Origin: an uncultured Bacteroidales bacterium
GTDB taxonomy: Bacteria; Bacteroidota; Bacteroidia; Bacteroidales; UBA10428
DNA: 64,000 bases
Assembly (NCBI GenBank): GCA_964634105.1
Contig: CAZWIU010000001.1
Span: 16,949 to 80,948, forward strand
Reading direction: 5' to 3'
The position numbers and the translations under genes were made by a program. The first letter of the stretch is position 1, and each line of letters begins with the position of its first letter. The notes under the pieces were generated by a model. That model was given only the letters and a program-made list of their open reading frames with translations, searched no databases and was not told the DNA's origin. This document shows positions 47,500 through 58,303 of the stretch, piece after piece.

Positions 47500-50400
47500 T
47501 CAATAGTTACTGATTAATGCAATAAGTTCATTTTGCTTAACGGGTTTGGAAATAAACATATCACACCCTGCCCTTATGGCATTATCCATATCTTCCGACT
47601 GCGTATGGGCGGTAAGGGCTATAATGGGAATGGTCTTGTTGAATGTCCTTATCTGGCGGGTTGCCTCATAACCATCCATTTTGGGCATTTTAATGTCCAT
47701 AAGTACAAGGTTAATACTTTTGTAATTCCTGCAATACTCGATTGCTTCAATGCCATTTTTCGCCCTAAGCAGACTAACCTTCTGTCCGGACAGATATTCT
47801 TCAATAAGCATATAATTCAATTCCTCATCCTCCACAACCAGTATTACTTTAGGCTGATCGCCCTCAACAACTCCCGATGCCGGTTCAATATGTTCGACAG
47901 TTGGTTTTTTCATGACATCACCCGGTATAGTGAAGTAAAAAGTTGTTCCTTTTCCCGGTTCGGAAGTTAACCAGATTCTGCCACCAAGTAAATTTATATA
48001 GGCTTTTGCAATTGTTAAACCAAGGCCGGTACCGCCATATTCACGTGTTGTTGTCAGGTCTGCCTGGCGAAACCGCTCAAAAATCTTTTCATGCATATCG
48101 GACCTGATTCCAATGCCTGTATCTTCCACATAAAATTCCAAAGAGTGATCCTTAACTGAATATCCAAGCCTTACATGTCCCGATTTTGTAAACTTAATTC
48201 CATTATTCACCAGGTTTATGCATATCTGGACTAATTTTGTTTCATCTGTAATGATGACCGATTCATCGTCCGATAGTCCGGGTTCTATAATCAGTTCTAT
48301 CCCTTTATTGCGGGCTTCGCTTTCAAACTGACGGTAAACGCTCTGCAGTTTCCGGTTCAGGTTGAACTCCTTCATAATAGCCTTCAGCTGACCCGCTTCA
48401 ATGGTTGAAATATTTACAATATCGTTGATGATCAATAGCAGCTGATTACTGCTCTGACGGATCAGATCGAGGTAATGATCACGTTTTTCTTCCTCAAGCT
48501 GCCTGTCGTATAAAAGTTCTGAAAAACCAATAATAGCGTTCATCGGAGTGCGGATCTCGTGCGAAATATTATGCAGGAATGCAGTTTTCAGTTTATCGCT
48601 TTCTTCCGCTTTCTCTTTGGCTTTGATCAACTCTTCCTCGGTACGCTTTTGCTCATCAATATCACGCGATATTCCGAAGGTGCCAATAATCTCCCCTTTT
48701 GAATTGGTTAACGGCATTTTGGTGGTAGAGATCCAGGTCGATGGCTTATCGGCCCATACTTCTATTTCCTCTTTCGCAATGATGGGATTACCCGTTTCAA
48801 TTATTTTCTGTTCATCGTTATATGCTTCATTTGCATGTTCCGATTTGAAAAAGTCGGTATCGGATTTCCCTATTGCCAGGATCGGATCATCGAGACCAAA
48901 CTTTTTTGCCAGCGCTTTATTGATCCTCAAAAACCTGCTTTCAGTATCTTTGAAGTAAATGGAATCAGGAATATTATCGAGCAGGGAATGCATCAGATAT
49001 TGTTCCCAGGCCAATTCCTTTTCGGCTTGTTTGCGTTCGGTGATATCGTGCCCGAATCCTACCAACCCTGCAATTTCTCCATTCGCATCATAAAATGGCA
49101 CTTTGGTGGTAAGGCGATAGTGCAATTTCCCATCAATGTCGGTATAATTATCTTCATGATTTATCAGCGGCTGCCCCGTTTTTATCACGGCCATATCTTC
49201 GGAATAGCCTTTTTCACCATTCACTTTGTCGAATAGTTCGAGGTCGGTTTTCCCGACGACCTCATCTTCTGAAGAACGTTGCATTATTCTGAGGTCAGCC
49301 TTATTCGCTATCAGCTTTCTTCCTTCTTTGTCTTTGATATAAATAGCATCAGGCAAATTGTCGATCAGAACGCGGAGCAATTGCTTTTCCCGCTTTATTA
49401 ATTCTTCTGTTTTTTTTCGTTCGGTGATATCCCGTGCAATACTCAGTATAGCTTTTTTACCCTGGTAAGTCACCAGGCTTGACCATACCTCTACAGGGAA
49501 AGATATTCCATCTTTGGCTCTGTGTGTGGTCTCAAAGATCTGTATCTTATCCTTAGGCATCTTTACAGCAAACTGTTTGATCTGTTCTTTCTTCAATGAA
49601 CTATCGATCCCGCTTAAACCCATTGATAACAGTTCCTCTTTGGCATAGCCTAATTTATTCACGGCAGATTTATTGACATCGATAAGATCGCCATTGAAAT
49701 CGATCACCCAGATGGTCTCATTCATTCCATCGATCAGTTCCCTGTAATTTTTCATACTCTCCTGCAATGCCTGCTCTGCCTGTCTGCGGTCGGTAATATC
49801 CTGGGCTGCGGAGATTGTCCCTATGACTTTACCTTTCTCATCTTTCAACGAACGGCACCACCAGCCCAACAGACGTTTCTCGCCATCCTGCCTGCGCTGC
49901 AGGCTTTCAACATAGACCAGATTATCCTTCTCACCCTTAAAAAGAGGTTCAACAATCTCATACGTATCCTGGTGTCCTTCGAAATAATACGATGCTTCCT
50001 TACCGATCACATCATCGCCAAAAAAATGCAATCCCGCATTATTTGCCCAGGTATATCTTTTTTTAATATCCACTTCCATAATGATATCCGGGACTGAATC
50101 CAGTATTGCTTCATAACGGGAATATAACGAACGAAGTTTCTGCTCGTATTCTTTCTGTTCCGAGAGATCGCGAATAACCATACTTGTACGGTCTCTCCCT
50201 TCACTATCCTTGAAAACAACCGATGATACCTCAGCCTGGAATCTGGTTCCATCCTTTTTAATAAAAGTTAATTCCCCTTTAGCGCGACCGGTTTTTCTTC
50301 TTTCTTCCAACAAATCATTAAGCCGGGGGTCATTCAGATCGACCAAACCATCTCTGCCGGCTGCACAGATTTCTTTTTCACTTCGGCCGAATAAGTCACA

Positions 50401-50919
50401 TGCGCAGGCATTAGCTGATAGCACGGAGCCATCGGGTGATGTCAACAAAATGGCGATACTACTATTTTCATATATAGAACGGTATAGTTCTTCACGTTCA
50501 TGAATAGCTGCAAGCAATGTTTTACGCTCCTGGCTGGCTTTTTTATTCTCCAGCACTGTACGGATTGTCGGAACGAGACTGCGAATATGGTTCACCGTTT
50601 TTATGACATAATCGGAAGCCCCCATTTTCAGCGCCTGGATGGCAATTTCCTCAGAGCCTGTTCCTGTAACAATGATAACAGGCAAATCGGGGTCTTTGGC
50701 TTTTACCAGCTGAATGACCTGGAGTCCGTCGTAGCCCAGGATATTAAAATCACTCAACACCAGATCAATGTCGGCCTCATTTAGGTGTTTCTCAAATTTT
50801 TCACGGCTGCTGGCTTCAATCACTTCAAATTCTTTACTTTCTTTTTGAAGGACATCTTTCACAAGCTTCCGGTCATGAATATTATCGTCGATATGGAGAA
50901 TACGGATTTTTCTTTTCAT
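47500..50919 (-). CDS. hybrid sensor histidine kinase/response regulator (REC, multiple PAS, HisKA, HATPase, REC)
   Basis: 1139 aa. N-terminal REC (KIRILHIDDN...DLVLSDFNILGYDG), several PAS modules, HisKA (FLHNISHEIRTPMNAI), HATPase_c, and a C-terminal REC (ILVVEDEELN...VLMDIKMPKMDG). Confidence 0.9.
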   Translation of the reverse strand: MKRKIRILHIDDNIHDRKLVKDVLQKESKEFEVIEASSREKFEKHLNEADIDLVLSDFNILGYDGLQVIQLVKAKDPDLPVIIVTGTGSEEIAIQALKMGASDYVIKTVNHIRSLVPTIRTVLENKKASQERKTLLAAIHEREELYRSIYENSSIAILLTSPDGSVLSANACACDLFGRSEKEICAAGRDGLVDLNDPRLNDLLEERRKTGRAKGELTFIKKDGTRFQAEVSSVVFKDSEGRDRTSMVIRDLSEQKEYEQKLRSLYSRYEAILDSVPDIIMEVDIKKRYTWANNAGLHFFGDDVIGKEASYYFEGHQDTYEIVEPLFKGEKDNLVYVESLQRRQDGEKRLLGWWCRSLKDEKGKVIGTISAAQDITDRRQAEQALQESMKNYRELIDGMNETIWVIDFNGDLIDVNKSAVNKLGYAKEELLSMGLSGIDSSLKKEQIKQFAVKMPKDKIQIFETTHRAKDGISFPVEVWSSLVTYQGKKAILSIARDITERKKTEELIKREKQLLRVLIDNLPDAIYIKDKEGRKLIANKADLRIMQRSSEDEVVGKTDLELFDKVNGEKGYSEDMAVIKTGQPLINHEDNYTDIDGKLHYRLTTKVPFYDANGEIAGLVGFGHDITERKQAEKELAWEQYLMHSLLDNIPDSIYFKDTESRFLRINKALAKKFGLDDPILAIGKSDTDFFKSEHANEAYNDEQKIIETGNPIIAKEEIEVWADKPSTWISTTKMPLTNSKGEIIGTFGISRDIDEQKRTEEELIKAKEKAEESDKLKTAFLHNISHEIRTPMNAIIGFSELLYDRQLEEEKRDHYLDLIRQSSNQLLLIINDIVNISTIEAGQLKAIMKEFNLNRKLQSVYRQFESEARNKGIELIIEPGLSDDESVIITDETKLVQICINLVNNGIKFTKSGHVRLGYSVKDHSLEFYVEDTGIGIRSDMHEKIFERFRQADLTTTREYGGTGLGLTIAKAYINLLGGRIWLTSEPGKGTTFYFTIPGDVMKKPTVEHIEPASGVVEGDQPKVILVVEDEELNYMLIEEYLSGQKVSLLRAKNGIEAIEYCRNYKSINLVLMDIKMPKMDGYEATRQIRTFNKTIPIIALTAHTQSEDMDNAIRAGCDMFISKPVKQNELIALISNY

Positions 50920-51258
50920 AGGAATGTTGGCCGATTACAGCTTAAGTTCAAGAAGTACCTTTTTGCATATTTTACTATTTACATTACGCTTAACATTTCA
51001 TAAGTCAAATTTTCTGAAGTTAAGTACCCATTCAACTAAAGTTAATTAATTTATATGACCTATTCAACAGAATCGTTGATTTTAATTAGGGCATGTCGAT
51101 TAAATATTGAATACGAAATCGTTGATCCAATTCTTAAAGAGCAGGAACGATGATTCTGCATTGAAATAAAAGCAGGAGGGATAAAATGATTTTCAACGTA
51201 TTGGTTTTGTTCAGCGCTAACAAATGTCATTTATACCTGCCGGACATTGTGGACATGC

Positions 51259-53571
51259 TTATGCCAGATGTTGAATCACCTTTGTAAGCAATACTTCCCT
51301 CTTCAAAGGTTTACTGATAAAATCGCAACAACCACAAGATATAGCCTTATTTTTGTCTATTTCCTTCGAATAAGCCGTCTGGGCAATAATTGGCAAATCA
51401 GGTCTGAAAGTTTTTATCTGCCGGGCAGCCTCATAACCGTTAAGCAGCGGAAGTTTGATATCCATCAGTACCATATCTATGGTATTGTTTTGCCTGCAAA
51501 ATTCAACCGCCTCGAGCCCATTGACAGCTCTGATAATATTAAAGTTTTCCCCCGACAAAAGTTCCTCCAGCAACATATAGTTGTAGTCTTCATCTTCGAC
51601 CAGCAATAAGGTTTTCGGGTTGTTCAGAAACAATCCCGCTTTCAGATCCGAATTTTCCTGAACTGTTTCGCTCTTATCTGTCTTTTTATAAGGAATAGTA
51701 AAATAGAAAACGGATCCCTTCCCAGGTACTGAAGTTAACCATATTTTACCTCCCATTAGCTCTACATAGGCTTTTGCTATAGACAACCCTAAACCGGAAC
51801 CACCATATTTGCGGCTGGAAGTGATTTCGACCTGGCGAAAACGTTTAAATATTTCCTCGTACATTTCGGGAGAAATACCAATTCCTGAATCTTCCACATA
51901 AAATTCCAGTTCCTTCCGGTTTAATTTACAGCCGTATTTAACATAGCCTTCGTGCGTAAACTTTAATGCATTTCCGATAAGATTTGAAAGTATTGCAGTA
52001 AGTTTGGTCCCATCCGCGAGAACGTCGGCTTCTTTATCGCTCAGATGCGATTCGTAGCTGAATTTTATGTTTTGTCCTTTTGCTTTTGAATTATACTGCT
52101 CAAATACAAGATTAAGAATAACGTTAATATTAACCTGGCTCTCACAGACCTGTTCCTGACCTGCCTCAAGAGTAGCTATATTAATGATATCTGTAATGAC
52201 AGACAGAAGCTGGTTGCTGCTATTGATAATTATTTCAGTATAATGATCGCGATCTGCAGGCAGAAGCCCGGTATTTTTAAGTAATCCGGAAAAACCCACA
52301 ATTGCATTCATTGGTGTCCTTATTTCATGCGATATATTCTCGAGAAATGCAGTTTTTAACCGGTCGCTTTCTTCAGCTTTGTTTTTAGCCTTAATCAGTT
52401 CTTCTTCAGCATGCTTTCGATCAGAGATGTCCCTGGCAAATACAGCTATTCCTATAATTTCATTTTTTTCATTTTGAACAGGATTATAGAAACTCTCATA
52501 AAATGACCGATACATTTTACCAAATTCCCGGATTGTGGAGTGGGATTCTCCCGAAAGCGCCCGATTGAAACTTAACCTGGCCATTTCTTTGTCTTCTTCG
52601 CTGGTGATACAATCATAAATATTCATTCCTATTTTCACATCGACTTCATAAGCAGATTGCATGATCGTTTTATGAGTGTTATTAAAATACAGGTAACGTC
52701 CTTCTCTGTCGATGGAAAAAATTATTATATCTTTCGGACTTTCCAGACTGGATCGAAGAAGAATCTGAGTTTTATGTAATTCATCTATTGCCTGTTTTCG
52801 TTCGGTGATATCATTGATAGTTGTAATAAAAAATTGGGGATTACCATCCAAGTCGCGTTGCATATAGGTTGACACATCGCCCCATACGATATTGCCATCT
52901 TTGCGGATATATCTTTTTTCAAAACGTGCGGATGCTATCTTCCCGTCCAACAGCGAATTGAAAAGTTCATGTGAATGAGGTATATCTTCCGGGTGTGTAA
53001 TGTCAAACCATTTTTTCCCGGCTAACTCTTCTTTTGTATATCCCAGCATTTCGCATAACGATTGATTAGCACAAATGGAACCATCAATCGCTGTCATGGA
53101 TTTTCCTACAAGAGAATGTTCAAAGAAACTGCGAAAGTTTGTTTCACTGATTTTTAATGCTTCTTCTGCCCTTTTCTGCTCCTGCAGCACTTGTTTAAAC
53201 TGAAGAACGGTTTTAATAGTAGGCGACAAACCCTGAATATGACGAACAGATTTAATAACATAGTCCGAAGCCCCCATCTTCATTGCCTCGATGGCAATTT
53301 CTTCAGATCCTGTTCCGGTGACGATAATGACGGGAATATCAGGATACTTGCTTTTTACCATCCGGAGAACAGATAAACCATCGAAACCCAGGATATTGAA
53401 ATCGCTTAAAACCAAATCAAAATTGCCATTAGCAAGAAATTTTTCAAAATTTTCCCTGCTATCGGCTTCCAATATTTCATATTCACCAGATTCTTTTTGA
53501 AGAGCATCTTTCACAAGTTGCCGGTCATGAAAGTTATCATCGATATGAAGTATTCGGATCTTCGATTGCAT
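51259..53571 (-). CDS. hybrid sensor histidine kinase/response regulator, shorter paralog of 47500-50919
   Basis: Same REC-first architecture. The N-terminus MQSKIRILHIDDN aligns with MKRKIRILHIDDN of the paralog, so I chose the ATG at 53571 rather than the tracked 53622, which would overlap the upstream response regulator gene. Confidence 0.88.
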   Translation of the reverse strand: MQSKIRILHIDDNFHDRQLVKDALQKESGEYEILEADSRENFEKFLANGNFDLVLSDFNILGFDGLSVLRMVKSKYPDIPVIIVTGTGSEEIAIEAMKMGASDYVIKSVRHIQGLSPTIKTVLQFKQVLQEQKRAEEALKISETNFRSFFEHSLVGKSMTAIDGSICANQSLCEMLGYTKEELAGKKWFDITHPEDIPHSHELFNSLLDGKIASARFEKRYIRKDGNIVWGDVSTYMQRDLDGNPQFFITTINDITERKQAIDELHKTQILLRSSLESPKDIIIFSIDREGRYLYFNNTHKTIMQSAYEVDVKIGMNIYDCITSEEDKEMARLSFNRALSGESHSTIREFGKMYRSFYESFYNPVQNEKNEIIGIAVFARDISDRKHAEEELIKAKNKAEESDRLKTAFLENISHEIRTPMNAIVGFSGLLKNTGLLPADRDHYTEIIINSSNQLLSVITDIINIATLEAGQEQVCESQVNINVILNLVFEQYNSKAKGQNIKFSYESHLSDKEADVLADGTKLTAILSNLIGNALKFTHEGYVKYGCKLNRKELEFYVEDSGIGISPEMYEEIFKRFRQVEITSSRKYGGSGLGLSIAKAYVELMGGKIWLTSVPGKGSVFYFTIPYKKTDKSETVQENSDLKAGLFLNNPKTLLLVEDEDYNYMLLEELLSGENFNIIRAVNGLEAVEFCRQNNTIDMVLMDIKLPLLNGYEAARQIKTFRPDLPIIAQTAYSKEIDKNKAISCGCCDFISKPLKREVLLTKVIQHLA

Positions 53572-53605
53572 ATAATTCATTAATAAATTATGCATTTGCG
53601 AGGTT

Positions 53606-54049
53606 TTATACACCCGGAGCACTGATATTTAATGTAAACCAGTAATCGCCTATTTTTTTTACGACATCCGTAAATCCATCGAAAGAGACCGGTTTTAATA
53701 GATAGCTGTTAGCGCCGATATCATAGCTTAAGGCACGATCGCCTTCTTCTTTCGAAGAAGTTAAAATAACCACCGGTATTCGTTTAAGAAATTCGGTACC
53801 CTTAATTTGACGTAAAACCTCAAAACCATCGATGCCGGGCATTTTAAGATCAAGCAGGATTAGATTCGGCATGGGATATTGTGTACGATCGCTATACTTA
53901 TCCCTGCCAAAAAGATAATCGAGCGCCTCCTGTCCATTACGTGCAACAGTAATATTGTTTTTCAGTCTTGCCTCCCTGAACGCATCAAGGGTAAGAACAA
54001 TATCCATCTGGTTATCCTCAACAAGTAATATTTGTGCCGGATTTTCCAT
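53606..54049 (-). CDS. stand-alone receiver-domain response regulator
   Basis: 147 aa with ILLVEDNQMD...LILLDLKMPGIDG...SYLLKP and no output domain. Confidence 0.9.
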   Translation of the reverse strand: MENPAQILLVEDNQMDIVLTLDAFREARLKNNITVARNGQEALDYLFGRDKYSDRTQYPMPNLILLDLKMPGIDGFEVLRQIKGTEFLKRIPVVILTSSKEEGDRALSYDIGANSYLLKPVSFDGFTDVVKKIGDYWFTLNISAPGV

Positions 54050-54060
54050 ATCATCTGTTT

Positions 54061-56301
54061 TTATGTTTTTAACAAAGGAAATTGAAGAAAAAATGTGCTG
54101 CCTTTTCCAACAATCGATTCAACCCATATTTTACCATCAAGCATATCGATGGCTTTTCTGACAGTTGCCAGGCCAATTCCGGTTCCAGGGTATTGGTCGT
54201 CGCTATGAAGGCGTTGAAAAATGTTAAATATTTTGTCCCAGTGTTCCTCTGGAATCCCGATTCCGTTGTCAGCGACTTTAATAATGCAGCCCTCAGGAAC
54301 AAGTTCGCAGCCAATGTTTATTTCCAACGGTTTTTCCTTCCGGCGGTAGGTAACTGCATTCTCTATAAGGTTAGTAAAAATTTGCCTGAGCAGGCTTTCA
54401 TCACCGGGAATCTGAGGAAGTTCATTGTCTGCTTTATATGTTGCACCTATCTCATCGAACCGTTGTTTAAAATCGTCATACACATTATTAAGGACATCAT
54501 TCAGAGAAACAGGACGTAGTTCAATCGACTTGCGCCCCAACCGTGAGTAGTTAAGCAAATCGTTAATCAGCTGTTCCATGCGAATACTTGCCTGCACGAT
54601 ATAGTCCATATATTGCCGGCCTTCCTCATTTAGCGAATCGCGGTGACGTGTTGAAAGAATCTGAGAAAATCCAAATATTGCTCTCAATGGAGCCCGCAAA
54701 TCGTGAGAGATTGAATAACTGTAGGATTCCAATTCTTTGTTAATAGCCGATAATCTGGCAGTCCTGTCTGCAACACGTTCCTCCAACACCTGATTCAAAT
54801 TCTGAATTTCCTGCTCTATTCTTTTACGTTCTGTTATATCCGTAATAACAGCAATACGGGAATCATGCCCCATATAGTCTAATTCGTGCGATGTGGCAAT
54901 AATTGGAAAAACCGTTCCTCCTTTTTTGACATGGTGCCACTCGCCAACATATGCATGTCCATGAAGGCTTTGAGCTAACTCAATAATGGGTTTTTTTTCT
55001 TCTTCGGGATAAAGATCAGGCAAATTCATGTTTAGGGCTTCTCCTTCGGGGTACCCATAATGGTTACAAAACGCCTCATTTACTGCCAGTAACTTTAGTG
55101 ATGCCGGATCATAGATAAGCATAGGTGCAGGATTACGCTCGAATAAAAACCGGTAACGCTCCTCGCTAACCCTTAACAGTTCCTCAGCCTTTTCCTTTTC
55201 TCCAAGCTCGACCTGCAATTGTTTGTTCAGGATTTTCAGTGCCTCAGTACGTTCCATCACCCTTTTTTCGAGCTCTCTGTTTATTCTTTGCTTCTGCCTG
55301 TAATTATAAGAAATTGTAATTATGAGAATGGCGGTAAGAAGTACAATGATTAATAGCAGAATCATTAGTATCCGCTGACGGTGTATTATAAGTCCCTGTT
55401 TTCTTAATATTTTCGATTGCAATTTGATTTCAGTTGTTTGCTTTTGCAGCTTCTCATACCCTTTCTCCAGTTTTTTTTCCTGAGAGGCGATATCCTGCTT
55501 CTGCATAGTAAGTATTCTTTCCTGCTGCTCTATTTTATGTAACTGATCATTTAGTTCTTTTTCGCGCTGTTTGAGCAATACAGACTGTTGATCCAGAACT
55601 TTTTGTTGTTTTAAAACATTCATGACCTGTTTCTTAAGACTGTCCTGCATAGCTCTCACTTCCTGGGTTTTTATCTCAGTGGCAAGCTGCAGTTGCGTTA
55701 TTTTGTTTTCCAGATCGTCGCTGTATTTCTGGAGGCTTCTCAAACTTTGCTGACCTTCACGGTACAATTCTGCAACATCAATTTCAGTTCCTCCAAGCAA
55801 AATCATATCATGCATAATTTCAAGATGCTGATTGATAATGTTTGCCTTGTTGATTTCAAAGTGTAAGGTACCATCTTCCGAATCAAAAAAATTAATCATA
55901 ATTAAACGCTTGTCCTGATATTGGTCGCTTACCAGAAGAATATTCTTTCCTTCAACTTTATCAAAAATCTTGATATAATCAACGTTATTATCCTCGGTTA
56001 TGAAAATCAGTTGAAAGCTGTCAAGATCGCTTGCTGAGACAAATGATGACACCCGAATAGGCTTATTCTTTAGTGTTTTGACTTTCGATAAGGTTGTCAA
56101 TTGCCTGAAAATTTCCTGATCGTTGCCAATTACCAGGAACCGGAACTCCTGAATTTCTTCCTCATTTTGCCATACGATATTCTTGGCAAAATTATAGATA
56201 TAGGCGCTTATTGCTGCCTCGCGTGCAACAATTTGTGCATCGGAGGAACCAACTAAGATAGCTGAGGTAATCATTAACAATATGATCCTTTTCGCTTTCA
56301 T
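54061..56301 (-). CDS. sensor histidine kinase with an N-terminal YfiR/DUF4154-like periplasmic domain
   Basis: 746 aa. Signal peptide, DUF4154-like region (AISAYIYNFAKNIVW...FRFLVIGND...), long coiled coil, TM helix, PAS, HisKA (SISHDLRAPLRAI) and HATPase_c. Confidence 0.8.
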   Translation of the reverse strand: MKAKRIILLMITSAILVGSSDAQIVAREAAISAYIYNFAKNIVWQNEEEIQEFRFLVIGNDQEIFRQLTTLSKVKTLKNKPIRVSSFVSASDLDSFQLIFITEDNNVDYIKIFDKVEGKNILLVSDQYQDKRLIMINFFDSEDGTLHFEINKANIINQHLEIMHDMILLGGTEIDVAELYREGQQSLRSLQKYSDDLENKITQLQLATEIKTQEVRAMQDSLKKQVMNVLKQQKVLDQQSVLLKQREKELNDQLHKIEQQERILTMQKQDIASQEKKLEKGYEKLQKQTTEIKLQSKILRKQGLIIHRQRILMILLLIIVLLTAILIITISYNYRQKQRINRELEKRVMERTEALKILNKQLQVELGEKEKAEELLRVSEERYRFLFERNPAPMLIYDPASLKLLAVNEAFCNHYGYPEGEALNMNLPDLYPEEEKKPIIELAQSLHGHAYVGEWHHVKKGGTVFPIIATSHELDYMGHDSRIAVITDITERKRIEQEIQNLNQVLEERVADRTARLSAINKELESYSYSISHDLRAPLRAIFGFSQILSTRHRDSLNEEGRQYMDYIVQASIRMEQLINDLLNYSRLGRKSIELRPVSLNDVLNNVYDDFKQRFDEIGATYKADNELPQIPGDESLLRQIFTNLIENAVTYRRKEKPLEINIGCELVPEGCIIKVADNGIGIPEEHWDKIFNIFQRLHSDDQYPGTGIGLATVRKAIDMLDGKIWVESIVGKGSTFFLQFPLLKT

Positions 56302-56305
56302 TATA

Positions 56306-58303
56306 TTAATTATCTAATGAATATGCGACAGAAAATAAAATTGTCCTTTGAGGTTGCCGATACCTGTCAGGAGGCCTGTTCGACGTATGATAGTACTCTT
56401 TGTCAAGAATATTTTTAGCGATCAGCTGTACGGTCAGACCTTTATTATTTGTCAAGGATAAAGCCCCGTGAAATACAATATAAGGATCAACTTCCATGCT
56501 GTTGGTCGCGATAATAAGCGTTGGATTTTCTCTTTTTCCGACGAAGTTCGAGCGAAGATTAATTCGTATATAATCGTTAAAAGAGTATGTTATGCCTGCA
56601 TTTGCCGTATGCTTACTGATCTCAGGAATAGCATTATCCTGCTCGTCGCGGCTTTGATTAAATGTATAATTGATGAATGATTTGAGCTTTCTTGTCTTAT
56701 ATCTCAGCATGATTTCACATCCAAGCGTAGTAATATTTCCACTGTTGATCCAACGATAATAGTTGCCTACTGTTTCTTTGGTGATAGCATTTTCAAGTTT
56801 GTTTGCATAGCCAATAAAATCAGCTTTCAGTTCATCAGTAATATGCATAGCAAAAGAACCTTCATAAGAATTCATCGTTTCAGGGAGGAGTGATGGATTG
56901 CCGAGACCGTCGGTATAGTCCCATGGTTTAGGAGCCCTGAATGCTTCTGCATAAGAAAAACGCAAAATGTGTTTGTAAAAGCTATAACTAACTCCGATAC
57001 GTGGCGTCAGAACCTGGTTATAAATACTGCTTTGATCAAAACGTACACCGCCTGATACGTATAGTTTTTTAAAAAGAGCCAGCCTTGGTTCAAGAAACAT
57101 ACTAACCAGATAATTCGTCAACATGTCTGGCCTTTCAGGTTCATCAGGCCTTATTCCAGGGCCTTCACTATAAGTTATTGAATAACCATCAGACAATCTT
57201 TCATATTCAGCTACAAGACCGCTGGCAACTGAAGCAATCTTATTCATCCTATAGTCCAGAATGTTTTCAATTCCGGTTAAATTGTTCGGCCTGTAATATC
57301 CTATCTGTGCAGTATCTGTTACATATAAAACTGAATTACCAAGAACTGTTGCATTTCGATTATACACTAACGAAGAGAGGCTCAGTTTTTCAGATATTTT
57401 CTTACTGTATTTAAGATAATTATTAATAAACCGTATATTCCACAATGTTCCGTAATCTTTATAAACAGTACCGATTGATTTCGAAAAAGTTGCAGCGGAC
57501 GATTGTTTGTGCAAATAGTTTGTTCCCAGGATAAAATTCTTTGCCTGTAATTTCAGATCGAAAGAATAATCATATTCATAATTATCCAACAGGTCGGTCC
57601 AGTTGTTATCGCCTGCCTGACCCTTAAGATCTGCTTTATCAGACGATTTAACCATGCCGGAGAATAATACTCCAACTGTTTTCTTTTTATTCGTGTAACA
57701 ATAATTCAGGTCGTTGGCTGTTGTTTTAAAATTACCCGCAAGCGTCTTAAACCCAACATCTTTTTCCAATGTGCTTTTGGTAATAATATTGATAACGCCT
57801 GAGATAGCATTTGTTCCGTAAGCTACCGAAGAAGGACCATAAATAATTTCTATTCGTTCAACATTGGACAGATTATACTGGGCACCGGCATAAAAACCGC
57901 CCGAATTTAGTTCGTTAACCTGAACATTATCAATTAAAACCAATATAAGGTTATTTTGATTCGGGATTCCTCGTTGAAAAACATAGCTGTTAAAACTTTG
58001 AATATTCCGGAATTGAAATCCGGGCAAATCTGATAAAACTTCTTCAAGGGTAAAGTATCCTTTTTCCTTCAAATCTTCCTGCGTTATAACAAACATAGAG
58101 GAAGGAACTTCAATAATGTTTTGAACGACCTTCGAAGCGCTGGTTACTTTTAATTTCGATAGCTGTTGCAGGTCCAAATCATAGATTGTAAGACTGTCGG
58201 ATTGGGATTTGATTTGATCAGTGATTATAAAAGCGAATAAGAAGATGAGAAGTCCACATCCTTGACCCAAAAATGGGGCGTTATGCTTTCTCCAATAACG
58301 CAT
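56306..58303 (-). CDS. TonB-dependent receptor
   Basis: 665 aa. Plug-domain motifs (VITQEDLKEKG..TLEEVLSDLPGF, NLILVLIDNVQVN, IEIIYGPSSVAYGTNAISGVINIITK) and a C-terminal beta-barrel. Its stop is 5 nt upstream of the YfiR-kinase start. Confidence 0.85.
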   Translation of the reverse strand: MRYWRKHNAPFLGQGCGLLIFLFAFIITDQIKSQSDSLTIYDLDLQQLSKLKVTSASKVVQNIIEVPSSMFVITQEDLKEKGYFTLEEVLSDLPGFQFRNIQSFNSYVFQRGIPNQNNLILVLIDNVQVNELNSGGFYAGAQYNLSNVERIEIIYGPSSVAYGTNAISGVINIITKSTLEKDVGFKTLAGNFKTTANDLNYCYTNKKKTVGVLFSGMVKSSDKADLKGQAGDNNWTDLLDNYEYDYSFDLKLQAKNFILGTNYLHKQSSAATFSKSIGTVYKDYGTLWNIRFINNYLKYSKKISEKLSLSSLVYNRNATVLGNSVLYVTDTAQIGYYRPNNLTGIENILDYRMNKIASVASGLVAEYERLSDGYSITYSEGPGIRPDEPERPDMLTNYLVSMFLEPRLALFKKLYVSGGVRFDQSSIYNQVLTPRIGVSYSFYKHILRFSYAEAFRAPKPWDYTDGLGNPSLLPETMNSYEGSFAMHITDELKADFIGYANKLENAITKETVGNYYRWINSGNITTLGCEIMLRYKTRKLKSFINYTFNQSRDEQDNAIPEISKHTANAGITYSFNDYIRINLRSNFVGKRENPTLIIATNSMEVDPYIVFHGALSLTNNKGLTVQLIAKNILDKEYYHTSNRPPDRYRQPQRTILFSVAYSLDN

